Assembly: GCA_965112155.1 (NCBI GenBank)
Contig: OZ218099.1
Origin: Podarcis liolepis
Lineage: Eukaryota
Reading direction: 5' to 3' (one strand)
Length of the DNA stretch: 64,000 nucleotides
This document shows, piece after piece, positions 24,730-38,215 of this stretch. Each line of letters begins with the position of its first letter. Position 1 is the stretch's first letter. The translations under genes were made by a program, and so were the position numbers. The notes under the pieces were generated by a model. The model was not told where the DNA came from. It saw only the letters and a program-made list of their open reading frames with translations, and made no database searches.

Positions 24730-26459
24730 CTTTGACGCTGAATAATTTAGATGAAGTGAAATCTGAACTTCTAAATCCTACTTGCCTTTCACATCTAAAG
24801 TAAGAAAATTACAAGTGTTCAGACTGAACGATGACTGTTTCGAGTCCCATGAAGTTTTTGCTACCCAGGTTGCTGGAAGAAGATGCTGTAGTTGTCTTAT
24901 TGTAGTCACAGCTACCCAGGAACTGAACAGTAAAGACCGGTTACAATACTTATATTTATTTCAGAAGCTGTAATTAATTGTACATCTAAAACATTTCATC
25001 ATTGGTTTATTGATTAATCACCTGTTTTTATAAACCCTTCCACAAATACAACTTGTAGTACTGCTTCTCTTTTCATTTTAGGGAACCTGTTTGGCATGAC
25101 ACTGGGCTGGTTCAGATGTAGCAAGCAATCATGAGCCTTGTCCATGCATGGCCGCAGAGAATTCTGGAAGCTTTGCTCTGGAAAACTTTAGTACATTCCC
25201 CCCTTTTCAGCTTGTTCCAGTCGCTCTAAACAGCTGCTGAATCAAGGGAAGCAGTGAGTGGTTCATCTATTATTAGCCTTTGCAGGGTTGGCTAATGTTT
25301 CTTGAGCCAACGACCACATTGATCCAGGGTCAGTCTTCAGAGGGCCGCATGTCATGGCCAAGTATAGAAGTGGCTTTATTATTTAAATAATAAAATGTGT
25401 GTGTGTGTGTGTCATTGTCATGCACCCCCCCCATCTCTTGGAACTGGACGCAGCCTGCACATTAGCCACACCTGCTTTAATGGCTTGAAATTGTACTGTA
25501 TAGTCTTTGGTATTTAGTACAAATTACTTTTGGGGGTAATTTAACCTAAGTTAACCACAATATGCCCCAAGAAATAGACCTCAAGCCTGTATAAACTTAC
25601 GTGTTACTCACATCAGAGTCCTAATGCATGAACACACAGGTGCATATAATTCAGCTTCAGAGGAGTTACACTCCTCAAAATGGGGAGAAAACTGAAAAAC
25701 GTTCCTGTTGCTTATATAGCTGTATGATGCCAGGTATGCTCTATCCTATAATTTGAAAAAATAATGTTTTGAGATGTAGAGTGCACTTTGCTGGTATTGA
25801 TTATGGTACAAGTAGATCTAATGAAATTAAGGACGTTTAACATTCCTTCTATAGGTCACATACTATATAAGCCGTACATGTATGTAGGAATTAAGTGTTA
25901 AGTGAATTCAACAGTGATTTTCCAGACAGGCAAAATGTGTGACCACCATCATACACCTAAGATTCAGTGTATCTGTGTACTGATTTGATACAGCTCTATA
26001 TTAGGACAGTTCAGATTGTTTCATATTATCCTAGGATTGCTTTTTGGGGGAACTGTGACAGTATGTATAGCTTGCTTATCCCTGTGTTTTTTTATAGGAC
26101 TCGTCTAGATTTCCAGGAAAACTAAGAATAAGACATCAAACCTGGCTAATCCAAACTGCAAGCTATTTTTATTCAAATTAAAAAGCCTCAGACAAACTGA
26201 TAGTACATGCACATTGACTAGTTATCACTTTACTCAATGGAGTATACAACCAGGAGTAAAAAATGAGGCATGGATTAACCAGGTCCAAAAAGCATATATG
26301 CTGAAAAGTATATTATAAAACATCAACTTGAATTATTACATAAACACATTTGCTCTAAGGGAAGAGTGGGGAATATGGAATAGGAGATGAACTGCTGATC
26401 ACTTCCAAACTGGTTCACTGAAACATGTTTTCCACTCAAGCCAACCATTTCCCAGACTC

Positions 26460-29400
26460 TTATTTGAATAGTCAATGTCCTTTTATTCTAATACAGTGCA
26501 TGGCTGTAGAAAAAAAACAAATAATGGGTCCAAATGGTCAAAAAAAGACATGGTTTGCTCTTCTTCTCAACAATTTATAGTTAGAAAAGTTTAGCTAGCT
26601 GGTTGTGCAATACTGGATTGTAGCCATCAAACTTTAATCCTACATGTTACTGAAATGCCCCCAGTAAACAGAGACATGATTTTGGAATAAATTAAATTTA
26701 AAATAATTAGGGCCAGCCTAATGGTCTAGGAGGAGTGCTCTGCACTGCCATAGAAAAGGCAAAGGTCTCATTTACAGTTCTAATTGTTTACTCCTGGATT
26801 ATTAGAAATAGTGAAGCTGCCCTCTTCTTAAATGTATGGGAAAAACAATGCTGTGTATTATTCAACACTGATCCTCCTGAATTATACAGCATTCAAAGGG
26901 TGTCTCATCCTGTTTATTTTTTAAATAAATAAAAATAAATAAATTCCAGGTTCTTTGGTGTAGTTTTTGCAATACCTAAAACAAAAAGTGATTGTATTAG
27001 TAAAAGTCTATGGTGTTTCCAAGTACTAAAGATCTAGGACTTGCTGCCTCCTTTTGACATTGAAACTGAAATGTGAGAGGTAATTTCAAACACACTGGCC
27101 ACGATCCAGAAGAGCACCCATGCACTCGCCTCAGTAGCTCCCAGTGCTGAGCTGATTTGGCATTGGCAGCTTCTGCTAAGTCACCCAAGGAAAACTCCTG
27201 GGTGCATGCAGAGATCTGTGAGGTTTTTAAAAATTGCAAAGGCCATATACTAAGATGTGTGCCACATATGATATAATGATAAGGATACAAATATCTCTGT
27301 AATATTAATATTGTATTTTGCATTAGTACCTCATCTGAAGAACCAAAACTTTAATAGTATATTTTTCACAGGCTACTTGCTGTCATCTTCATAATGCATT
27401 GTATCACTGAAACAGATCCAGAAACATCAACTAAATATACATTTTTCTGGATGTGTGTTAAAATAGGTAATGGAATGTAATTTTCATTGGGTGAACTAAA
27501 GTTGGTCCAATAAGACAGTTACTTATCCTGATGAACCACTCATTCTCTGAAGCCAGCATGGCAACAATTCTTTGTTAAAATCAACCTCGTAATTAAACAT
27601 GACTTCTAACGTGCCTCCTAACTGATATTTGTGCAAGCTTTGTCAGGTGGTGGCCTCCTGAATTATTTCTTTGAATCCATGCTTGATAAGCATTCCCTTA
27701 CTTGTCAACATTCAAAGTTGTTTTTTCTAAACTTATAAATCTAACTTTAAAGATGAAGAGGGAGATCTAATTGTGGCAGCCCATCTTTGCAACAGGGCTC
27801 CATCCTTCCCCTCCAGTCCTCCAACCCTCTGGAGCTTATTTTGGGGGTGCACATGAAGGAGGTGCTCCTCTTTCTACAAGTGGATGCCCCCTTGTGCTAT
27901 GATGGATGTCACCCAAAGAAGGAAGGCTGCTGAACTAGAAAATCCTAGTATCAGGGCTATACTATTACACATTATGTTTATCAGAGTTTATGTGCAAACC
28001 TCTCTGAAAAATGACTAGTATCGGGGACAGGGTTCTACCCTTGATTTGAGGGGCCCATGCCTACAGTTTGCACTGGAGAAAAAGCTCTTGAATTCGCTAC
28101 CCCTGCCCCACCCTGTTTAATGGAAGAAAAAGTGTGCAGTGAAAAGCAGGCTATGCAATTAATGCCATTGGTAGTCTGGCCCTCAGGCAACAAAACAGAA
28201 CTACACAACTCCAACTGGTTTCACCTAGGACTTTTTACATGCCTTAAGGAACTCTCTGCTTTGTGACTACTGTTACTAGTAAAGACAAATGCTGTATTGT
28301 CCTATAACTGTGGGAACAAAAATTAGATTAACTTTCTAAATTTATGTAGGTTCAGGACGCCAATTCCTACATATGATGATCTGCTGTGTTAGGCTTATAA
28401 GCAGTGCTGTACAGCTAGGACTATGCGTATAAAAATTATCAACAGTAGGACTGCAGTGTTTTCATCAGAGCAACCTTTAAAGAAAAAGTGTCAAAATACC
28501 AAGTCCTGAATAGAGCACTTATTTTAAGCTGTTAAAATACATATGCTCCTTTTGCATGCTCTGTTACTTACCTTCCAATATCAGTTATAAACTGCATTAA
28601 ATTTGCAGTGGGAACCTTAAACTACAAGAAACAAAACATCCAATTCTGATTTCGAAGTGAAGGTCTTGGAAACTAAAGCTTTGCACCTTTAAAAATACAC
28701 ATGTATAAATGTTCTGATCTGAGAATTCAAAGATATTATGCATCCTTCATATTAGGACAGCAAAGTAGAAATCCCTCCCCCTTTATACTTAAGCTTACTC
28801 AAGTATTTCCCAAGGAGGTGGTGCTGGTGGTGATGAGCACAGGTCTCATCCTGGAAAAATAAATTAGGTAGCACACTATCATCAGGCCAATGTCTACTAG
28901 CATCACATGCAAGCCTTCATGTCTGCAGATCTCTTAAAGCAGACTCATCAATACAAGCCCCACTTTGAACTTATATGTGCCAACAAAAGGTGGTCAAATC
29001 AAAAGATACAGTCTTGCTTATTTCCTTTTATCAAGTTCTGGGAACAAATAAAAAAGGCCTTACATTTACCAAGTTGATTCCATCTTCTCCCTACCCTAGT
29101 AGCTTTATTTAAAGGAAGGCTTTAAGTTCTTGTGATGTATCTGCCAAAAGTCACTACCACACAAGCACATGGATGCTCATGCTGCTAAGATGCAAACTGG
29201 GATTAACTTCACATTTCTCTTCGCTACACACTCTACTCTTGCTGCTTAAAAAAAAAAAAAAGAAGGCATGAGAACCTCTGTGTAAGGCCAAATGATATAA
29301 CCTTATTTTGCATTTATAACAAAAGTGTGAGATCATCTTCCAAGTTAAAGAACCATATGCACAAGTCTGTATATTTTTTAAAAAAGTCAACATAATATAA

Positions 29401-29555
29401 CAAAAAGTGAAATATGCTTATTAAAAGTGTCCTTATATAAAAAAACAATCTTGCAATGTACAGTAAGATGCAATAAAACCAGTTTGCCCTCCCCCACCAA
29501 TAACTAAAACAGCTATTGTTCCACAAAAATTTTATATGTTGGTATCGAAAGAGGA
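26460..29555 (-). other. PBRM1: PBRM1 3' UTR (approximate end)
   Basis: AT-rich, repeat-poor tract after the stop; minus-strand AATAAA at 26482-26487, with others at 26913-26918 and 29104-29109. Confidence 0.6.
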
Positions 29556-29728
29556 TTAAACATTTTCTATGTTGTATGCTTGACGGATATTAAGAGTATC
29601 TCTCAGCATCAAGTCTCGAAGGCGCCATAAGGCATCTGCCATTGTGGTGTGGGCCCCTTTGCTTTTCAACCAGTGTGTAGGAAGACGGCTCTCTTGTTCT
29701 TTTGAGAGATGCACATCACGTCTTCGTG
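29556..29728 (-). CDS. PBRM1: Polybromo-1 (BAF180), last coding exon
   Basis: (A)RRRDVHLSKEQESRLPTHWLKSKGAHTTMADALWRLRDLMLRDTLNIRQAYNIENV*; CTTCAG acceptor. Confidence 0.97.
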
Positions 29729-30017
29729 CTGAAGAAGGAAAAGGGCATTCAGTTACATTTCTGTACAGCTTGACAATATGAATGGAATAAAGTTCATAAG
29801 TAAAATCCACACCATGGACTTCAGCGGGAGAATGCACTCAATTATGAACACGAAATCACAGAAATCAAAAGGATTTGACAGAGCTAGCTGATAGAAACTT
29901 TTAAAAACTTTCTGCTGAAAAAAAATGCACACTTCTGATCAGTTTTTTAAATAATCACTTAACAGCCCAACTACATGAAATTTCAGATAAATCCATAAAC
30001 TGAAATAAAAACTAATA

Positions 30018-30238
30018 CAGTGGACCCTCTAGTTATGTCCCGCTCTGGATATGTATCTTTCGGGTTACGAACACGGCAGACCCGGAAGTGTATACTTCTG
30101 GGTTTCGCCACACAGGCGTGCACAGAAGCGCTCAATCGCACTGCATGCATGTGCAGAAGCAGCGCCTTTGCCTACGGACTTTTCGGCTTGCGGACGGAGC
30201 CCTGGAACGAATTTAATTCGTATCTGGAGGGTCCACTG
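30018..30238. mobile_element. Tc1/mariner MITE
   Basis: TIRs CAGTGGACCCTC / GAGGGTCCACTG; TA TSD. Confidence 0.88.
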
Positions 30239-30914
30239 TATTCAAATATTCATACAAAGGGTTAAAAGCAATGGGTGGAATTCAACATTGCACTGAATTC
30301 AACACTGCCCCCCTTGCAATATTCTGGGATTCTCCTGCCCCACTGTAAGTTATTTTTGGGGAGCGTGTGGTAAGAGGAGAAGCTCCATTTTATAAGCGGA
30401 AGCCCTTGTGCAGGGTAATAGTGAACCTCTCCTTAGTGATTTCAACAGATTGCTAAAAGGCGCTGTGAATAACTTATCTGCATTAGTGACTACCAACAGG
30501 GGTGAAGGAGCTGTCTTCCCGCTCCCTGTGGACTTACTATACAGCATTTGCTGAAACAGGCTTACAATAGACGCTCCACAATTATAGAACTCCCATCTCA
30601 TGGAGGAGTGCAGATTTCTGAATGCATAAAACATTCTCATTTCAGCTGTTTTAAAAGCCGGAGAAAGGAGAGTTGGCAATATCAGTCAACATGACCAATG
30701 GTTGGGAATGATGGATGAAGGGCTTTATACACAGATATGCTACTTCCACTTTAAGGGATGGGGAGGCACAAGCACAGGTCGGGGCTGCACAGCACACCAG
30801 CAAAGACAATCCAGCACCCCCACTTGTGTAACCCAATCTTATAGCTACTTTGCCCCTCCTCCCAGTAAATGGCAGCTACAGCTCCGCCACACTGGGCAAA
30901 CCACTTATACAGTA

Positions 30915-31161
30915 CAGTGGTGCCTCGCAAGACGGAATTAATCCATTCCACGAGTCTCTTCGTCTTGCGGTTTTTTCGTCTTGCGAAGCACGGCTATTAG
31001 CGGCTTAGCGGCTATTAACGGCTTAGCGGCTTTAAGAAAAAGGAAACAAACTCTCAAGAACTCGCAAGACGTTTCGTCTTGCGAAGCAAGCCCATAGGGA
31101 AATTCGTCTTGCGGAACGACTCAAAAAACGGAAAACTCATTCATCTTGCGAGGTACCACTG
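30915..31161. mobile_element. Tc1/mariner MITE, same family as 4715-5041, opposite orientation
   Basis: TIRs CAGTGGTGCCTCGCAAGA / TCTTGCGAGGTACCACTG; TA TSD; internal GCGGCTTA/GCTATTA repeats. Confidence 0.9.
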
Positions 31162-31247
31162 TATAGTACTGTACAGTAATGGTAGAATTAAAAGGACAGC
31201 CTCAAAATAAATTCTAGGGTCTCTGTGTTTACTGCAAGTAGACTTAC

Positions 31248-31464
31248 CTGAAAGGGTCTGGTCCCACTTGCTAATACTACTCGAATCAGCACTTAGACCC
31301 TCAATGTATTTCAGATAAGCCTCAGAATGAAGAAGCCTTTGCGTCTTTGGTGGAGGGGAGACAAACATAGGAGTTGTTGGCTGCTGCATAACTTGCTGGG
31401 CTGCTGGATTTTGTCCAGGATAGGGAGGTGGGGCCTGCTGACCTGGTGGACCAAGGATACCCAT
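31248..31464 (-). CDS. PBRM1: PBRM1 exon
   Basis: MGILGPPGQQAPPPYPG...LLHSEAYLKYIEGL...WDQTLS; TTCCAG / GTAAGT; 217 nt. Confidence 0.96.
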
Positions 31465-32278
31465 CTGGAATAGTAAAGAACAATACCTTAAAAGGTCAAA
31501 CATAGCCTGACGATTGTAGTATCTCATTGAACCAAAGATAAGTGGCGAACACTGTGTTTCTATAGACAGTTCCGTGAAAGGGAAGAATAGGAAAGGGTAT
31601 AACAGCAAAAGCATCTGAAACATCCTTAAGGGAATAATGGTTACCCTCAGGTGTGGTGAGAAATGTGCCCGTGCCAAAAAAATAAATCTAAACAAAACCT
31701 GTTTCACGTTGTTATATCAAGACAGTCTGAAATCTCCACAAAACAAATGGCTTTCACTTCCATGCACAACACATTCATACATATCACATTTTTAACTGTT
31801 TGGCTATCTGGAATCTTACTTATTGATTTTTGGCGAAGATTACAGGGAATGGTATTGAGAGCAAAAGGAAGAAAGCAGGGCAAGAAATCAATAGTCATGA
31901 AAAAAAGAACAAGGAATTGTTTGGAGCAGCTTTCCCCAATGTGGTGTCTTCCATATGCTTTGAACCAAAACTCCTATAATCCCTTAACATTGGTTGTAGT
32001 GCAAAGTATTTGGAGGGCTGGAGAAGGATGCGGTCTTCCCACCTGTTCTCCCTCACCAGCACCTGTTGCCTTACTTAGCTTTTCTTATAGCTGAGGGGAT
32101 AGTTTATATCCTCTAAGTCCTACATCATTAAATCACATGCCAGATGTAGTAAGGAAGCAATATCAGAAAATAAGAGGAGCAATAAACTCACTAGGTTGTA
32201 GGAGGTCAATTTATTAAAAAACAAAGCCTTTGAGAGTATGATTTATAGGATTTTCCTATGCCTATCTAAGTCACTTAC

Positions 32279-32346
32279 CTGCTGTCCAAAAGGACTTCCT
32301 GCTGAGGGGGCTCCTACCATGGAGGAAACGCTTTGACCTATAACAC
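32279..32346 (-). CDS. PBRM1: PBRM1 exon
   Basis: (G)VIGQSVSSMVGAPSAGSPFGQQ; ATACAG / GTAAGT; 68 nt, phases fit both neighbours. Confidence 0.92.
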
Positions 32347-34129
32347 CTGTATTTCAAAATGTAAAAGAAAAAGAAAAAAAGGAGTATTACAGCTATTAAA
32401 ATATGATCCCCTAAGTATTCTTATTAGAAGTAGTAGTTGTGTTGACTGTCAGTTAGCTGTGTTTGGGGGGCTTACATCCAAAATTATTTCATCTAGTAAT
32501 AATCTCTTCTATAGTCTCTTAGAATAACCTCACAAAGACTGCTGCTACATCACAAATGAACTCGTGAAGTTGTACAGGCCTGCTAGCTTATTGTGATGGT
32601 GGCTGTTTCTTCATGTTTACAATTTATTCAGCGCTAGCCTTCCTGGGGATTATAAGGATACAGTTTGGAATTTTGATCAGATATGCAGTCATTTCTATCC
32701 AACAATGAAAGGCTTTCCTTGTTGAATAAATGGGTCTACTTTGTTGGGGTTTTAGTATTGCTTTTAAATGGATCTCGTTTTGTGCTTTTAACTATTTTTA
32801 AAATCTTTTACATGCAAATAGCCTTGAGATGGTTGCTTAGAAGGCAATTAATACATCCATGATAATCATAGTAACACTGTTTCTGCAGCTAAGGAGACAA
32901 GGTGTTTTTAAAATAGAGAAACCTGGCAATGATAGTGAACATCCACGAGCACTTTATGGCTGTTCAAAGTTCAACAGCACAACAAGCCATAAAGAAACTA
33001 TGGCACACATCTATATTCCAAAGCTATAGTTCATTTCTCACTGCAAATCCTCAAATTCTTGATTGCTGGATGTTAACTGTATACCCTAGGAGGCTTGAAG
33101 AAAAAATGGGATCTTAAAGGCAATTATTCATGTTCAAAGATTTTAGGGGAACACTACTGTGAAATACATACTTAGAAATAAAGAAGGCAAATCACATTAG
33201 TTTTTGCCCACAGATTAACAGCTGAGCTTATCCACTGCATGCAGAAAAGGAGTATGATGTACCATGTAAAAGTGAAAGAAAAATTAGCAGGAGCAAAAAG
33301 GAGAAGGGGGCAATGAACAAGGGTTCCATAACAGCCCCTGTCTCCCTATAAATAGAAGTTTAATAATTCGAAACAAAATATCTGTTTCTCTTAGTTAATG
33401 TTTCATTCATGGTTTTGGATAAATATTGATCCACATCACAAGGGAGCATTTACTTTTAAGTATTTATCAAACCTGGATGAACTGTATGTTAAAGAACAAG
33501 CCTGTACCCACATTTCAACCTCTCCAGACACTAATATTCCCCTTGGCTGAAGCTTCAGTTTGGTTTGTTTAAAAATCAGGCTATAGGGTTTCATTTTTTT
33601 AAATGATCTGCTGTTAAATGAAGTTGTTTGAAATCAGAATGTGTATATTTGAACTAATGGTGCACAAAGAAATAAAAAACTAACAGTGTACTGGTTTAAG
33701 ATCCATGCCTGGTAGTGAAATTGTCCAGTTCAACAAACAACATCACCTTCAACAGTTTCAGAAGGACTAGGAATTATGTGTCTTCAATACTTCAATATGT
33801 AACCGTTCAAGCCAGATCTATTTGACACTTTTTAAAAAACTCATGCTAAAAATACAAGGGTATTTCCATGGTCAACTCCTTTGCTGCTGGATCAGTCACA
33901 TTTGTTGCTCTGCCAACATGTATCATACATGTCAAGATGTTTGGCAAATATACTTTGTATATTTCTCAATGCACCTTGCACATCTAGAGAGCTAGACATA
34001 CCTGGAGCATTCGACAGAAGTCAAGCAGTTAAGCTACAAATGCACAAGCTGCAAACATTTCCCATGGCAATTGGTTGAATGGGGTGAGAACAGAGAGGCG
34101 AGATAATGAGTGAATGAGGTCATTCTTAC

Positions 34130-34276
34130 CCGGTGGTGGGATGCCTGGCATGCCTGGTGGAAGTTGGTGGGGTGGAGGCACCCCAGGGTGAAGTGGCGGC
34201 ATGCTGCCCATGCTAATAATGCCATCAACTGGGCCCTGTAAAGTTGGCAGCCCTGGTGGATAGCCACCTAGCATGC
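34130..34276 (-). CDS. PBRM1: PBRM1 proline-rich cassette-type exon
   Basis: (G)MLGGYPPGLPTLQGPVDG...GIPPP; TTCAAG / GTAAGA; 147 nt, phase 1-1. Confidence 0.94.
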
Positions 34277-37200
34277 CTTGAAGGACACAACAAATTTCAA
34301 ACATGCATCAATGACATGCAAAATGACCAAAATAATAATTACATGCACTACCCACATATATGCACCTTCGGTACTGCCATACAACACTACAATTAGTACC
34401 TTGCAAAAATGAACATTGTTACAATGCCAGATACCGTATTTGGAACAGATTAGTATTTAGCCTTTTGGCATATTCTTCAGGAGGAAACCAGCTGAGCATT
34501 TAGAATCATTAAGTGGTTATTATTACAAGCAAATGCAAAACGTTTTGTCAGTCATACGAAAGTATATCACATTGCGACATGCACATTCAAAAATTCATGG
34601 GACAGCAATGTAGCTTAACAGAAGATGTATGTATACCAGGCATTCAGGTTGTTTATGGATTTTTCACTTACACAGGATGTTAACCACTTACACATATGGG
34701 AAATTAATTTAACAATACTGCATAGATTGAGCTGCTTCCCATCTCTCACCTTCATTAAGGCCAAAAGACTACTAAAACAGAAGGTATATTAAAGAGAGAG
34801 AGACCTTATCTTTCATGTGCCATGACAGAAAAAACTTCATGGACGTTTTCATCAGAGAATATTCACTGCACAATCATCTTAAGTGCTCACATAGCTTATA
34901 TATTGCTGCAAGTTACACTACTGGTAACTATAAAAAGCAATGTATTGCACAGTACAATTCTTCACCTTCGAGGCATGTTAATTTTAGCATACTATAGCAA
35001 TGTAAACAAGGAATCATGTATTGTACTGAACAGAAGGCAAAATGGACAAGTCTCTTGACAGAAGAGAATCAAGGGCACCGGAAAAGAAAGTAAAGATTGC
35101 TGTGTTCGGGTGCCTTGAGAATAATAACGGAGAGTTAAGCGGGGGGGGGGGGGTATATGTAGGGTCTTCACCATAGAAAATTGGGAAAGGGAAGAGATAG
35201 GAGGTAATCTTAGAGGTAGAATAAGAGGTAATATGAGAGATAAATGTTGGTGGGTGGTTAATGAGGGAAATGTGGGGGTTGTCTTTGACTGGAAAAAATG
35301 GGGATTGTTGGGCGAGGGGGACAATGAAGGTGACTGAGAGAAGTATTCTGAGATATTATGGAGAGAGAAGAAAATAAGGATTGGTGGAGGAGTTCCGAGA
35401 GATACAGGTCAGTGCCCTGCAAAATGGGATTGTGTGGGTGGGTTGATGGGTTTTGGGGGAGAATAAAGGAAAATCACTGAAGGTATTCTGAGAAAAATAT
35501 GGCAGTTATGCCTGTGAGTTGCTTTGGGGGCTCTATATGAGGTCAAAGGTGGTGAAGAAATACTTTGTCACATGATAATTTCAAGCATCACTTGATTATT
35601 TGCAAGGCTGGAACCAATATTGTGGATAATGTCAGGTAATGATTTATACATATTCAGACCTACCTACTGAGGGAAAGTTAAGTTTGGAAGTAATAGCTCT
35701 AATTTTATGCCTGTGTAATCTCACTTAAGAAAATTTAACATAAAACTAGTAAAACGAACAAGAATAATATCAACCCAAGTGGAGATATGTCACAAATACA
35801 GGTTTATGCTGTAAAAGCTACAGATCTAGGAATGCTGCTGCCCTGTTATAGGAAAGAATGGGCATCTCCTTGAACCAACACCAGAGAGACAGATTTTCTT
35901 CTACAATGGTGCTGGCAATCCACCTGACAGCAAAGCGGAGGTCTGGCTTCTAAGGGAACCATTAAAAAATACAGATTGCTTTCTGAAAACTTTGAAATGG
36001 CTTAATATTCAATCTCTACACAACGTACGCAACAAAAACTGAACTGAAAAGGAATTTATTTATTTTTTTACAAATGGAGCTGAGATAAAATGCAACATTT
36101 TTGGACTAGATGTTCAGTAGCCCTGACGAATCAAATTCACAGCAACAAATTAAAAACTAAGAACCAAGCTGTGTAAAATTTATTTATCTGGAAACATTCT
36201 ACTGTAAATTGAGATTTTGTGTTGAACGGTCAGGTGAAAACAACACTGGCTGCCATTCAATCACAATGATACTAGTAACTATATTTAGCATTTATATCAC
36301 ACACTTCAAGTGTTCAAAGCATGTTGCAAACATTGTGCCAGTAATGTTTATAGCAGCCAAGTAAGTGGGATAGTATATGCAGAATGGGGCTGTGAGCTGA
36401 GGATGAGAGGGAGTGGCTTCCTTCTACCATCCTTCCATGGTTGATGGGAGATTTGAAATGAGGACTTTGGCTCACAGCCCACTCCCAGACAAAATGCTGC
36501 TCCAGCTCTTTCTTCAACTGATAAACTTCACTCAAGAAAACAAGAGGTGCAGTAAAACATGTTTAGCAAACTATTCATCATATCATGTAAATCAGTGGGA
36601 CAACTTTCTATTAAAGACGAATAGTTCCCTGTCACTTATTCTCCTTTCCTTTGCAGTCTCCTTACAACTTCCCAGCCTGTTTCAGGGGGTCCTTCAATCC
36701 TCTGGAACAGGTTTTTGCGGAGTGCAAGGGAAAGTGGAACCAAAATCTTATAGATCCCCGTTTCATGAGCAGAACGCCACTCTCAAACCTCTGAGTGCGT
36801 CCCAAAGCTGCTCCCCCTTTTTGCTGTGCTTACATTACACTGCCCTGCAGAAATGTTGCAATTATTCCCAGAGAATTACATTAGGTGCTGATTTTTGAAG
36901 ATATTCTTCAGACAAAAGAAGTGTTTCAAGAAAAGCTGTTTATAAACAGATTTGGATCAAAGTGAGGTGTAAGTTAAGATAACGTGGTGAGAAAAACTGG
37001 ATATGAAACAGTATATTGGGTTTTTTTAATGAGATGGTGATACTAAAAGAAAAATAAATTTAATAGATTATATGCTAGGTCCTATTAACAGACAATTCTG
37101 CCACATTAAATATTATCAGAATAAAATGCCTTGCAATTTGTTTGCATGTAATGAAATATAGAGTGCCTCTAAAAACACGTATTTAGATCCTGGTGAAGTT

Positions 37201-38215
37201 AATGTATTTATTTTCAAATACAGATTCAGAACATATGGAGACCTAAACTAAACCAAATCTACAAACACCCTAATGCAAAATATTTATTCCTGTTCTTGTA
37301 TCTGTTTTGCTCAGTTACAGAACTAGATAAGCTTGGATGCTTAATACAGGTAGAGCCTTGACAAATTTGAATACACAAAACTAGGTTACATGTCCTATAT
37401 GTAAAATTATCTACAGCTAGAGTTTAAGATGGAAATGAAAGCTTCCCAGCTCCTCCTCAAAGCTACGCCTTAGGAAGACGAGGGGAGACAGCATAAGCTT
37501 GACACTCATGCACAAAATACTAAACTGTGTGGTTCAGCATTATGCCTGAACAATATAATTGCTTTTGAAATATCACAGTGATGAAAGTGGATTGCAGTGG
37601 CATGGGAGGGCTTGCTGCTCAATTCACACAAACCCAAAATCCTGCAAAAGAAAACCGCTTTGAGGTTTTCTACAATCAAGCGGTATATGCATTTTATGAA
37701 ATAAACAAATGTTTTCCGATTCTCACTAAACGCTGCTGCCAAGAACCCTAGCCAGTTCAACTGAGTGATAAAATGAGTTCTCAAGTTTACCCTCACGTTA
37801 AGGCATCATATTACATTTTCTCACAGTCGGAACGTGTCTAATGTTACTGATGACGTGCCACCTGAGAAAACCATCCACTCTTTCCCAAGTGTCCAGATTC
37901 TGCAGCGTTCAGAGGAAACAAAACAGAATTAACAGTACAAACCAGGAGCAAGTTTGCTGACCAGGGAATGAGCTGGCAGAGACTTCATCGGGATAAGACG
38001 GCATGCTTAGGATTAAGGGGTGCTATTTCTACCAGTGAGGGAAACATCTGTGTTTGTTTTGAACTTAAGGTTTTATGAGGTAAAGTTTAATAGTTATTTT
38101 TTCTTTCTTTTTCACTACAAATAAAGTGACCCAAGAATAGCGTTCAGAGTTATGAAGGAGTTTGGTAAAGTGGATGAAGGGAAAAAAATGGTCAGAGCCC
38201 CTATTTGTTTTTTAC

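Noticed and set aside
35050-35480. Purine-rich, G-run tract in a PBRM1 intron
   Set aside because: Probably a decayed retroelement fragment; I could not assign a family or boundaries
36413-36898. 161-aa plus-strand ORF antisense in a PBRM1 intron
   Set aside because: GTG start, no recognisable domain or splice context; consistent with chance
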